Shown here piece after piece: positions 8,431 through 17,503 of a DNA stretch of 51,651 nt (positions within the stretch are counted from its first letter, which is position 1; each line of letters begins with the position of its first letter). This DNA is from Anaerolineae bacterium (GTDB taxonomy: Bacteria; Chloroflexota; Anaerolineae; J102), in assembly GCA_015485435.1 (NCBI GenBank), contig WFTO01000400.1:1-51651 (forward strand), read 5' to 3'. The notes under the pieces are model-generated. The model searched no databases. It saw nothing but the letters and a program-made list of their open reading frames with translations, and was not told the DNA's origin. A program made the position numbers and the translations under genes.

Positions 8431-9690
8431 ATGACTGATCCGATAAAACTCCTGCATTTCGCAGATGTGCATGTGGGGATGGAGCGCTATGGGCGCGCTG
8501 ATGCGACCACGGGCATCAACAGCCGCGTCATGGACTTTTTGCGGCGGCTTTCAGACCTGGTGGATTTTGCCATTGAAAAAGAGGTGGATATCGTGGTCTT
8601 TGCTGGGGACGCCTACAAAACCCGTAATCCGAATTCAACTTACCGGCGAGAATTTTCGTGGCGCATCAAGAAAATCGCCGACCATGGCATCCCGGTGGTG
8701 ATGATTGCAGGAAATCACGATCTGCCTCCCATCAGCCAACGCGCCTCCACAATTGAGATCTTTGACACCCTGCGCGTGCCTAACATTTACGTCTTGGATC
8801 AAGATCATGGCGTTACGACGATTGAAACGCGTCGCGGCGCGCCCATCCAGATAGCGCCAGTTCCCTACCCTTACACTTCGGAGCTCGCGAGCCGTGAAAC
8901 ATTGCGTGCAGCCAGTCTAGAAGAACTCGATAAGCGCTATACGCAGGCCATGACAGATATTATCAAGGTCATGGCGGCTGATGTGCGAACCAGGCCCGAC
9001 ATCCCCGCAGTGCTAGTTGGGCATTTTTCGGTGGATGGCGCCATGTTTGGCTCGGAGCGAAGCGTGATGGTGGGAAGAGATATCATGGTGCCACGCTCGG
9101 TGCTGGCTGATAAAGCCTGGGATTATGTTGCTCTTGGCCACATCCATAAACATCAGGACCTCAACCCCGGGGAGCATCCCCCTATCGTTTATAGCGGCAG
9201 CCTCGAACGTGTCGATTTTGGTGAGGAAAAGGAGCCGAAGGGATGGGTGCTGGCGCATGTCACCCGCGGCCACACCGACTATGAATTTATTCCCCATTAT
9301 CATCGTCACGCCCGTCGTTTTACCACCATCGAGTGCGACTGTCGGCGGGAAAACGCACCAATGGAGGCCATCCTCCGTCATATCCAACGCCACCATGAAG
9401 CGGGAAACATCCAGCAAGCCATTGTGAGGGTGCGCTTGAAATTGCGAGAGGAGCAAGAGGCTCTTATCAGCGATCGCCACATCAAAGCCGCGTTGACAGA
9501 CGCCTTCACGGTAGCTGGAATCATTCGCCAGGTCGACTGGCGCGTACGCAGTCGCCTGGGCGCGCTCGATTTTGAGGAGATGACGCCATTAGAGTTATTG
9601 GATCGATATTTCGAGAATCTGAAGATGCCAGAGGCGCAGAAAAAAGCCTTGCTTCAGGACGCGAAACGCATTATTCACGAAGTTTCGTAA
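8431..9690 (+). CDS. SbcD/Mre11-family metallophosphoesterase nuclease
   Basis: Calcineurin-like phosphoesterase motifs in order: HFADVHVG, GDAY, GNHD, VGHF, GHIH. 419 aa. Confidence 0.85.
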   Translation: MTDPIKLLHFADVHVGMERYGRADATTGINSRVMDFLRRLSDLVDFAIEKEVDIVVFAGDAYKTRNPNSTYRREFSWRIKKIADHGIPVVMIAGNHDLPPISQRASTIEIFDTLRVPNIYVLDQDHGVTTIETRRGAPIQIAPVPYPYTSELASRETLRAASLEELDKRYTQAMTDIIKVMAADVRTRPDIPAVLVGHFSVDGAMFGSERSVMVGRDIMVPRSVLADKAWDYVALGHIHKHQDLNPGEHPPIVYSGSLERVDFGEEKEPKGWVLAHVTRGHTDYEFIPHYHRHARRFTTIECDCRRENAPMEAILRHIQRHHEAGNIQQAIVRVRLKLREEQEALISDRHIKAALTDAFTVAGIIRQVDWRVRSRLGALDFEEMTPLELLDRYFENLKMPEAQKKALLQDAKRIIHEVS

Positions 9691-9758
9691 TGCTCAGCGC
9701 ACAAGTCGACCCTACGATATCTTCGCGAAGCAAACGACACGGCACCAGCAAGGAGTGA

Positions 9759-10529
9759 ATGATGGATATACCCCAAAAAACAGCCTTGATAGCGGGAGGA
9801 GCTTCCGGGTTAGGAGAAGCCACCGCTCGTCATTTTCATAAACTTGGCGCGAAAATTGTTATTTTCGACCTCAACGAAGAACGGGGAAAAGCGCTCGCGG
9901 ATGAACTCGGCGAAGGGGCGGCGTTCGTTGCTGGCAGTGTTACCGAGACGTCCGAGGTTCAACGCGCCATCGAACTTGCACAAACGCGCTTTGGAGACAT
10001 CGCCATTGCGGTCAACACGGCTGGCATTGCAACGCCAGGACGCATTTTAGGCAAACATGGACCCCTCTCATTACAAACTTTTTCTCAAGTCATTGCCGTC
10101 AACCTGATCGGCACCTTCAACGTCATGCGTCTGGCTGCCGCAGCCATGCAGAAAAACCAGCCAACGTCAGATGGCGAACGAGGCGTTATCATCAACACCG
10201 CCTCAATCGCCGCTTATGAGGGCCAGATCGGACAGATTGCCTACGCAGCCTCAAAGGGGGGCGTGGTAGGCCTCACACTGCCTGCCGCCAGAGATTTGGC
10301 CAAATGGGGCATCCGAGTGGTGACGATCGCTCCGGGCTTGTTCGACACCCCGCTGCTGGCGGGATTGCCCGAAAGCGTCCGTGACAACCTGGGAAAACAA
10401 ATTCCCTTCCCTTCGCGTTTGGGGCGTCCCCCTGAATACGCCTTTTTGGCTCAACATATCGTGGAAAACGTCTTGCTCAATGGCGAAGTTATCCGTCTGG
10501 ACGGCGCCCTGCGTATGGGGCCGCGGTAA
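9759..10529 (+). CDS. Short-chain dehydrogenase/reductase, 3-hydroxyacyl-CoA dehydrogenase type-2-like
   Basis: Cofactor motif GGASGLG and catalytic YAASKGG (YxxxK). AAGGAG RBS. Confidence 0.85.
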   Translation: MMDIPQKTALIAGGASGLGEATARHFHKLGAKIVIFDLNEERGKALADELGEGAAFVAGSVTETSEVQRAIELAQTRFGDIAIAVNTAGIATPGRILGKHGPLSLQTFSQVIAVNLIGTFNVMRLAAAAMQKNQPTSDGERGVIINTASIAAYEGQIGQIAYAASKGGVVGLTLPAARDLAKWGIRVVTIAPGLFDTPLLAGLPESVRDNLGKQIPFPSRLGRPPEYAFLAQHIVENVLLNGEVIRLDGALRMGPR

Positions 10530-10600
10530 AAACAACATGCATAACATTCGAACCACATCATTGTTGCACTCACCAATCAAGAACGGGAGGAAAAACCAAT

Positions 10601-11011
10601 ATGCCCCACTCTGACTTTGAAAATGCGATAGCGATTGCCCGGGATGCACACCGTAGTGAGGATGAGCGCACCTCAGCCATTCACGAGCTCGCGCGATTTC
10701 CTGCAGAAAAAGCGATTCCCGCGCTTATCGAACTGATGCAAGATAATGAGTTATCCATCCGTTGGACTGCAGCCTCCGTGCTACGTAAATTTGGTCGTGA
10801 AATGCTCATCCCCCTGCTGAGGGCCATTGCCACCCAACCAGCCAGCGTCAACTTTTACGAAAGCGCACATCACGCGCTTGTTCGTTTCGGCGATCCTGAC
10901 GTAGAGAAACTACTCGAACCTGTTGTTGAGGCCCTTAAGCAACCGCCGACCTCCTCAACAGCAGCCGTCGAGGCGATGAATGCACTCGAAAAACTTCAGG
11001 CGAACGCCTAA
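10601..11011 (+). CDS. HEAT/PBS-lyase-like repeat protein
   Basis: Repeated helical ...AIPALIELMQD...IRWTAASVL... units. GGGAGGA RBS. Confidence 0.7.
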   Translation: MPHSDFENAIAIARDAHRSEDERTSAIHELARFPAEKAIPALIELMQDNELSIRWTAASVLRKFGREMLIPLLRAIATQPASVNFYESAHHALVRFGDPDVEKLLEPVVEALKQPPTSSTAAVEAMNALEKLQANA

Positions 11012-11052
11012 AGTTTTGGCACGTCACAACCCAATCCCCGCCAACTCCTTAC

Positions 11053-11095
11053 GCCGACCGGGACCGTTAACCGGTCGGCGTTTCTGTTTCCTTTT
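11053..11095 (+). terminator. Intrinsic terminator of the HEAT-repeat gene (overlaps the 3' end of the convergent DUF1905 gene)
   Basis: GCCGACCGG - 9-nt loop - CCGGTCGGC followed by GTTTCTGTTTCCTTTT. Confidence 0.65.
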
Positions 11096-11354
11096 CATCC
11101 ACTGCATCGAGGATGACAACCACCTCTTCACCAACCTCAATGCCCAATTTCTGACGAAGACGCGCGTTGATCATGATAAAATGTCGTCCATCTCCGGTAG
11201 GGAACGCGGAACCATCGTAATCGCCGCCGTTGATGGTGCCTTTGACTTTAATTCGTGACCGACTGTTGAGTTCGGCGCTGATAAACCGGGGGAATTCGAC
11301 GCAGTAATAATTGCCCCTGCGCACCAGTGGTCCGATAAAATGGATATCCGCCAT
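11067..11354 (-). CDS. DUF1905-family small protein
   Basis: Pattern GPLVRRGNYYCVEFP...KVKGTINGGDYDGSAFPTGDGRHFIMINARLRQKLGIEVGEEVVV resembles DUF1905 by recall. Confidence 0.7.
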   Translation of the reverse strand: MADIHFIGPLVRRGNYYCVEFPRFISAELNSRSRIKVKGTINGGDYDGSAFPTGDGRHFIMINARLRQKLGIEVGEEVVVILDAVDEKETETPTG

Positions 11355-11496
11355 ATGTCGCTCCGGCCTGCACGGCTATATTGATAGTGGGGGAAAATCG
11401 ATGGAAAGCGTGATGCAGATGTATGTTTATTGTAACGATGCGTTTGCCCGAACACCAAATTTGACAGTCAAACAAATTGCTTCTCGCAACTACAAC

Positions 11497-12582
11497 TTAT
11501 TTTTGCAGCAAATCTTTTGTGACGCGCACCAATGTCGGTGGATGAAAGAGCATGTTGGCGTAGGTCGCATTGGCCATAGGGCACGCGCATTCTTTGTTAA
11601 AGATGCTTTGCCGCAAAGCCTTCATTTCGGGGCTTCGCCATAAGCGGTCGAAATCGTACTCCACCTGGCGAAGATTCCCGACAGGTTCCGCCCGAATGCA
11701 ACAACTCCAAATGTCCCCATTCGGCGCAATATGGACACTCGCCCAACTGGCATAGCAGTCAATCACCTGTCTGCGTTCAAACAAAGTCCGTTTGGCGATC
11801 TGATAGTACTGAGCGCGAAAACTTTGGGTGATGCGTGCAAACCCCCTGGCTGGCGCCTGTCGGGCCTGGGTGGAAAGAAAGTCCGCCACTGGAGCGTATG
11901 CTTCAGGCAGGGGTGTGATCCCCCAGCCCACGGTGTCCAACTCCACCCGTTCCTCTGCCACCTCGGTAATGTAACTATCCGGCTGCAAAAATTGCAACCC
12001 TTCATAAATCTCTTGGAATCGATGGATGTTGAACCGACTGATCACGGTGTGCACCGTCAGCACAAGGTTGGCGTGTTTCTTCTGCAGAGCCTTCAGCCCT
12101 TGCCATGTGGCCATGGCCCGCTCCCAGTTGCCAGGCACGCCCCGAATGTCATCATGCTCTGCCCCTACGCCATCTAAAGAGAGATTGATTCCGATATCCG
12201 TCCCCCGGCAGACCCTGCACATCCGATCGGTGGCTTCCAGGATTCGTTGGGTCAATAAACCGTTGGTGGGGATGGTGATGTAGGTGGGACGCGTACGCCG
12301 CCATCCGGCAATCACCAGATCATCCAAATCCTTTCGTAAGAAAGGTTCACCCCCAGTGAATGTCAGATATTCCACCGATGTTCCAATGCTGGCGAATACC
12401 CGATCCCACTCCTCGAGGGTCATGTCATCATTTGGTTTTCGCCACACATCGCAGGTGCGACAACGACTATTGCAACGATAGCTGACCGAGACCACCACCG
12501 AAAATGGGTGAATGGGCGGCCAGCCGAATCGGCGAAATGCCCAATAGAGGGGGAGTTTTGGAACGAGAGAGATCAGAGACAC
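11497..12582 (-). CDS. Radical SAM protein with a C-terminal SPASM/twitch-like Cys-rich domain
   Basis: CX3CX2C motif [19 protein letters not shown]-binding motif (FTGGEPFL). C-terminal cysteines CYASW...[12 protein letters not shown]...ECACPMAN. Confidence 0.85.
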   Translation of the reverse strand: MSLISLVPKLPLYWAFRRFGWPPIHPFSVVVSVSYRCNSRCRTCDVWRKPNDDMTLEEWDRVFASIGTSVEYLTFTGGEPFLRKDLDDLVIAGWRRTRPTYITIPTNGLLTQRILEATDRMCRVCRGTDIGINLSLDGVGAEHDDIRGVPGNWERAMATWQGLKALQKKHANLVLTVHTVISRFNIHRFQEIYEGLQFLQPDSYITEVAEERVELDTVGWGITPLPEAYAPVADFLSTQARQAPARGFARITQSFRAQYYQIAKRTLFERRQVIDCYASWASVHIAPNGDIWSCCIRAEPVGNLRQVEYDFDRLWRSPEMKALRQSIFNKECACPMANATYANMLFHPPTLVRVTKDLLQK

Positions 12583-12615
12583 GGCCGGAAAACGCTTTGT
12601 TGATGAAACGGGGGG

Positions 12616-14103
12616 TTAAGACGCCGGCTGAGGCGAGCTTTTGGCATCGGGCGGATTCGACGACGGCGGCGTCTGAACCTTGTCGCCAATAAAGAACCGC
12701 TTGGCCGTTGCCAGGGTGGTGGGAAGTTCCAGCCAAAAACGTTTGTTTGAGATTTTTTCCCAGATGCGTTTGGGGCGATAGAGATAGAAGCGACGATACG
12801 CCTCCCGCCATTTCCTTATTACCAACTCTGGATCATAGTCGCCATCATATACCGTAAACCGTGGTTTCTCATCATGAATGGCCAGATCTCGCCAGGTATT
12901 GGCGAATACATGCCCTTCCGACTGAATTAAATCCCACATGGCTGTTCCGGGGAAGGGAGCCGCCAGCATGAAGTTTGCCAGGTCGGGGTCCAACTCCAAG
13001 GCCAATTGGATGGTTTTCTCCATGCTTTCTTCGGTTTCTCGCGGCATGCCAAAGATAAAGAAGCCCATGGTTTGCAGCCCGGCGGCTTTGGCCCATTTGA
13101 AAGCGTTGCGCACCTGGTCCAGGGTCTGTCCCTTGCGGATGACGTGGCGCAACATCCAGGGGTCTCCGTTTTCCACCCCGAATCCCACGCGTTTGGCGCC
13201 GGCGGCTTTCATCAAGTGGAAGAGCTCAGGATCGGTGTGGTTGACTTTCATGCCATGCACGGTCACCCAGGGCACGGTGTTCAGGCCTTCTTGCACCAGG
13301 GCCCGACAAAGTTGTTTCGCCCGAGGCAGTTTCAGATTCCAGATGTCGTCGGTCACGCCGATCTCTGTGGCATGCAGTTCTCTGACCAACCAGCGCCATT
13401 CCGCCACCACGTTCTCTACGCTGCGTCCACGCCAGGTATCGCCCGTGACCGGTTTTGAACAAAAAGTGCATTTGTAGGGGCAACCGCGGCTGGTCAGGAT
13501 GGTAAAGGAACGGGCGTGGGGGTCTAATCCATCGGTTAAGGGCTGAAGATTGGTGTATTTGTCGATTTTGAAGAGATCGTGCGCCGGGAAGGGAAGGGCG
13601 TCCAGATCTTGAATCATGGGTGAGTCAGGAGAGACATAAATATCTTCTCCGAATCTGAAATTCAATCCCGGAATGCCCAGGTCCTCTGGCCGCTTACCCC
13701 GTTCCAGAGCGTTCACGAATTCGACAAGGCCTTCTTCGGCCTCGCCTTTAAAGGTATAATCGACATAAGGGTGCTCGGGCCCGAGGCTCTCTGCAGGCAT
13801 GATGGTGAGATGGGGACCACCCAATATGGTGGTCATGCCATATTGTTTGCCGATCTTTGCCATCTCCCAGGCGTCTTCGATCAAGGGTGTTGCCGCGGTA
13901 ATGCCCAAAACCCGGTAGGGCTTGCCAGCTTCCTCCGCTTGGTCAAGATAAAATTCGAGGGGATAATCTTCAATGGAGGCGTCATAGATAAAGACATCAT
14001 GTCCAGCTTCGCGCAGGACCGCGGCCAAATACCCCAGGCCGAGAGGGATATGTTTTCGAGATGACCAGACTTTGGATTCAGGGCTTGCGAGAATGACTCT
14101 CAT
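12616..14103 (-). CDS. Cobalamin-binding-domain radical SAM protein (class B architecture, subtype I)
   Basis: N-terminal Rossmann-like domain (MRVILASPE...GLGYLAAVL...ILGGPHLT) followed by [12 protein letters not shown]. Paralogous to 20138-21610 and 21759-23261. Confidence 0.9.
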   Translation of the reverse strand: MRVILASPESKVWSSRKHIPLGLGYLAAVLREAGHDVFIYDASIEDYPLEFYLDQAEEAGKPYRVLGITAATPLIEDAWEMAKIGKQYGMTTILGGPHLTIMPAESLGPEHPYVDYTFKGEAEEGLVEFVNALERGKRPEDLGIPGLNFRFGEDIYVSPDSPMIQDLDALPFPAHDLFKIDKYTNLQPLTDGLDPHARSFTILTSRGCPYKCTFCSKPVTGDTWRGRSVENVVAEWRWLVRELHATEIGVTDDIWNLKLPRAKQLCRALVQEGLNTVPWVTVHGMKVNHTDPELFHLMKAAGAKRVGFGVENGDPWMLRHVIRKGQTLDQVRNAFKWAKAAGLQTMGFFIFGMPRETEESMEKTIQLALELDPDLANFMLAAPFPGTAMWDLIQSEGHVFANTWRDLAIHDEKPRFTVYDGDYDPELVIRKWREAYRRFYLYRPKRIWEKISNKRFWLELPTTLATAKRFFIGDKVQTPPSSNPPDAKSSPQPAS

Positions 14104-14180
14104 GGGACGTTTTATCTCTTTAATGCGCTAGTAGCGCCAATATGAAAGCATGAGGGCTGATGGGGATAGCCATGGATTTG

Positions 14181-14201
14181 GATTGGGAAACCATCCCAAT
14201 C
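14181..14201 (-). promoter_or_regulatory. Intercistronic hairpin GATTGGGA-AACCA-TCCCAATC
   Basis: Perfect 8-bp stem located 7 nt downstream of the stop of 14208-15629, with no U-run. Confidence 0.35.
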
Positions 14202-14207
14202 TGCATG

Positions 14208-15629
14208 CTAAGGAAGTAATGGTTGTACAACGGGAAAAAAGCCTTTCCGAGAAGCCCCCTTGATGATCCGGCCTTTGCCGTCCTCGAAGGGAGCCCAATC
14301 GCGATGGGCACATTCGATGCGATACCCAACATCGGTGCTAAAGCTACCCACGGCTTTTCGCGGCCAATCACGCACAGGCACTCGCAGAAGGTTCCTAGCA
14401 CCGCGCCAGGCGATGCCTTGCCATCCGTAAAGCTTTCTGGCCAGCCAGTCGTATCCCTGGGCCAGTTGTTCCGGAGTCATTTGCTTTGGGTAATAGGTGA
14501 CATGGCTGGTGTCATAGAGGGACCACGGGATCCCGGGGATCAGGCGGTTTTCTTTTTCCCACTGGGCTCGTTGGGGAGTGCCGACGTAGGGCGTAAGGAT
14601 GGTGATGCTTACGGCATCCAGGCCGCTGTCACGGATAAACTCGTAGGTGGTCTGGAATATCTCAGGCGGATCGGCATCAAAACCGAAGACGAACAACCCG
14701 ACAACGCCGATTCCAGCGGCGTGAATGCGATCAATGACCTGACGGTAGCGTTCGAGGTTCCCCTTGGCTTTGCCGCCCAATTCGCGTCGGTTATTGGGGT
14801 TGGCGCTTTCAAAGCCGATAAATAGTTTATCCAGGTGCGCCTCACGAGCAAGTTTCAACAGATCGGAATGGTCTGCGGTTAACTGTTCTGCTTGGGCCGT
14901 CCAACCTTGCAGCGGCAGCTTTCGCAATGCTTTGAACAGTGCTTCCATATAGTCAGGATTCAGCCTGAAGTTCAGGCCGAAATTATCGTCGGTTAGGAAG
15001 AATCGTTTGATCTTGCGTCGTTGGATCTCTTCGATTACTGCATCAATGGGTCTTAAACGCATGACTCGACCAGACACGCGGATGGCTGTGCAAAAGGTGC
15101 AGTTGCGAGGGCATCCACGGGTGATCTCCAGATAGGGCGTCCAATAGTTTCGGTTCTCATCGACTTGTTTTAACACTCGATCGGTGATGGGTTGCAAGTC
15201 ATCCAGATTCGCCCATTCTTCATCCACATACATGCGTTTGAGTTCGCCCCGATCGAAGTCTGCAATCATCTGGGGCCAGGTGCGGTACGCTTCGCCAACC
15301 GCGATGGCATCCGCCCAACTCAAGACGTCATCCGGAGCAAGCGTGGCGTGGGCGCCGCCGATGACAACCGTGGCGCCTCGAGATTTGAGCTGTCTGGTGA
15401 GCCAGCGAGCGCGGTCGATCTGTAAGGTTTTGGCTGTAATGCCCACCAAATCGCCAGGCCCCATGGCCTCGAAGGGCACCGGCCTCAAGTCTTCGTCGAT
15501 GATTTCGACAGGGATTTCTTCTGGCACCAGCGATGCCAATCGCATGAGGGTGTAAGGGGCCATGGTGGCTTTGCCCCAAATACGGCCATCACGGCCTGGC
15601 TGGATAAGGTAAACCTTGCGCACGCTCAT
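14208..15629 (-). CDS. Cobalamin-binding-domain radical SAM protein (subtype II, copy 2 of a tandem pair)
   Basis: B12-type domain ending VIGGAHATL. TRGCPRNCTFCTA motif. About three quarters of residues are identical by eye to the neighbour at 15659-17074. Confidence 0.9.
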   Translation of the reverse strand: MSVRKVYLIQPGRDGRIWGKATMAPYTLMRLASLVPEEIPVEIIDEDLRPVPFEAMGPGDLVGITAKTLQIDRARWLTRQLKSRGATVVIGGAHATLAPDDVLSWADAIAVGEAYRTWPQMIADFDRGELKRMYVDEEWANLDDLQPITDRVLKQVDENRNYWTPYLEITRGCPRNCTFCTAIRVSGRVMRLRPIDAVIEEIQRRKIKRFFLTDDNFGLNFRLNPDYMEALFKALRKLPLQGWTAQAEQLTADHSDLLKLAREAHLDKLFIGFESANPNNRRELGGKAKGNLERYRQVIDRIHAAGIGVVGLFVFGFDADPPEIFQTTYEFIRDSGLDAVSITILTPYVGTPQRAQWEKENRLIPGIPWSLYDTSHVTYYPKQMTPEQLAQGYDWLARKLYGWQGIAWRGARNLLRVPVRDWPRKAVGSFSTDVGYRIECAHRDWAPFEDGKGRIIKGASRKGFFPVVQPLLP

Positions 15630-15658
15630 GTATCGTGACTCTAGAATGAAAGATGGGA

Positions 15659-17074
15659 TCAGGCAGGTTGCAACACATGCATGAAGCCTTCTCGGGAGGC
15701 TCCTTTGATGATCTTTCCTAAACCATTCTTTGTAGGGGCCCAGTCGCGGTGCTTGTAGGCGATGCGGTAACCGAGATCGGTGCTAAAACTGGCGACGGTT
15801 TTGCGAGGCCACGCCTGCATTGGGTGACGGCTGAGGTTGCTCCATCCCCGCCGCAGAATGCTGGGCCAGCCATAGAGCTTACGCGTGATCCAATCGTACC
15901 CCATAGACAGCTCTTCGGGCGTCATGTGTTTGGGAATGTAGGTCACGTGGCTGGTGTCATACAAAGACCAGGGCACATGTTCAAGAATCCGGCCTTCCTC
16001 GAGTAATGCGGTGCGCTGGGGCGTGCCGACAAAGGGTGTGAGAATGGTCACGCTGACGCCGTCGAGATCGCTATCTTTAATGAAGTCATAGGTGTGCTCA
16101 AAGACATCCATGTTGTCGGCATCAAACCCAAAGACGAAAAGTCCAACGACGCCAATCCCGGCATCGTGAACTTGTTTGATGGAGCGTCGGTATTGCTCCA
16201 GATTGCCTTTCGCTTTGCCGCCGATCTCGCGACGGTTGGCTGGATTGACCGTTTCAAAGCCGATAAATATTTTGTCCATATGCGCTTCCCGAGCCAGCTT
16301 CAAGAGCTCGGGATACTCCGCGGTAAGCTGTTCTGCCTGGACCGTCCAGCCATGAAGAGGCAGTTTGCGTAACGCCTTGAACAATTCCTCCATGTATTCT
16401 GGGTTCAGCCGGAAGTTGAGACCGAAGTTGTCATCGGTTAAAAAGAATCGTTTGAGTTTACGTTGCTGAATTTCTTCAACCACTGCCTCCACTGGTCGCA
16501 AACGCATCACTCGTCCAGAGACGCGGATCGCGGTGCAAAAGGTGCAATTGCGCGGGCATCCCCGAGTGATCTCCAGATAGGGTGTCCAGTAGCGCCGATT
16601 TTCATCCACTTGCTTCAGGACGCGATCGCTGATGGGCTTGAGGTCGTCCAAATTGACCCATTCCTCATCCACATAACGAGGTTTGAGTTGCCCCTGGTCG
16701 AAGTCTTTTATCATTTGGGGCCAAGTGCGATAGGCTTCGCCCACGGCGACGGTGTCCGCCCAACTCTGCACGTCGTCGGGATCCAAGGTGGCGTGTACGC
16801 CGCCGATGACAATGGTTGCATCCTGGGCTTTTAATCGTTTTGCAAGCCAGCGCGCGCGGTCTATTTGCAATGTTTTGGCCGTAATACCCACCAGGTCGCC
16901 CGAACCGATTTTGTCAAATGGCACGGGGCGTAAATCTTCGTCGATGATCTCAACGGGGATATCATCCGGAACCAGGGACGCCAACCGCATCAACGTATAG
17001 GGGGCCATGGTGGCTCTTCCGAAGATACGCCCATCACGGCCAGGTTGGATAAGATAAATTTTACGTAGGGTCAT
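15659..17074 (-). CDS. Cobalamin-binding-domain radical SAM protein (subtype II, copy 1 of a tandem pair)
   Basis: VIGGVHATL. TRGCPRNCTFCTA. Collinear paralogue of 14208-15629, separated from it by 29 nt. Confidence 0.9.
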   Translation of the reverse strand: MTLRKIYLIQPGRDGRIFGRATMAPYTLMRLASLVPDDIPVEIIDEDLRPVPFDKIGSGDLVGITAKTLQIDRARWLAKRLKAQDATIVIGGVHATLDPDDVQSWADTVAVGEAYRTWPQMIKDFDQGQLKPRYVDEEWVNLDDLKPISDRVLKQVDENRRYWTPYLEITRGCPRNCTFCTAIRVSGRVMRLRPVEAVVEEIQQRKLKRFFLTDDNFGLNFRLNPEYMEELFKALRKLPLHGWTVQAEQLTAEYPELLKLAREAHMDKIFIGFETVNPANRREIGGKAKGNLEQYRRSIKQVHDAGIGVVGLFVFGFDADNMDVFEHTYDFIKDSDLDGVSVTILTPFVGTPQRTALLEEGRILEHVPWSLYDTSHVTYIPKHMTPEELSMGYDWITRKLYGWPSILRRGWSNLSRHPMQAWPRKTVASFSTDLGYRIAYKHRDWAPTKNGLGKIIKGASREGFMHVLQPA

Positions 17075-17182
17075 AAAAGGGCGAGGAAAAGCGAAAGCAA
17101 GTGGAGAGGGGGTTGGTATTGAGGATTACATGATTATACCGGGAAACCCGTCAAAGCGTGAATTTTGACCTGAAGCGCTCTG

Positions 17183-17389
17183 TTAACCCAGGTTGTCAAT
17201 GTATTTCTGAAGTTGCCGTGGATGGAACTTGATGTAATCGTGGGGGATGATCTGCGCCATTTCCTCTTCCGAGAGGCGCATGCGCAAGATGGATAGCGCA
17301 TCTTCGGGCGATTCACCGTAAGCCAGTTTGTACTTGCCATTTTTCATTTTAAAGAGAAACATATGGGTGGGATGATCAAAGCTACTCAT
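17183..17389 (-). CDS. 68-aa hypothetical protein embedded in the radical-SAM array
   Basis: Same strand as the array. AGGA lies 5 nt upstream of the ATG. No Cys, TM segment or signal peptide. Sequence: MSSFDHPTHMFLFKMKNGKYKLAYGESPEDALSILRMRLSEEEMAQIIPHDYIKFHPRQLQKYIDNLG. Confidence 0.55.
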   Translation of the reverse strand: MSSFDHPTHMFLFKMKNGKYKLAYGESPEDALSILRMRLSEEEMAQIIPHDYIKFHPRQLQKYIDNLG

Positions 17390-17503
17390 AAATGTCCTCG
17401 TAATCTGCGTCTGGCCAACGGATCAACCGTCTCCACTGCGAATTTGTAAGCCTGCCATGACCGAATGACGTCATGTATCGACGTTTCAACCAATGATGGC
17501 AGT

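Noticed and set aside
11460-11472. TTTGAC-A-GTCAAA palindrome between the last rSAM gene and the DUF1905 gene
   Set aside because: The arms are only 6 bp. It is too short to distinguish from chance without a genome-wide motif count.
11885-11891. GCCACTG, the core of the cobalamin-riboswitch B12 box, near the B12-dependent genes
   Set aside because: It lies inside the coding sequence of 11497-12582 with no surrounding riboswitch architecture. A 7-mer match is expected by chance.
17134-17340. Alternative-frame 68-aa ORF overlapping the small ORF at 17183-17389
   Set aside because: It has no RBS and an Arg/Ser/Cys-rich composition typical of an off-frame read. The 17183-17389 frame has an AGGA RBS and a protein-like composition.
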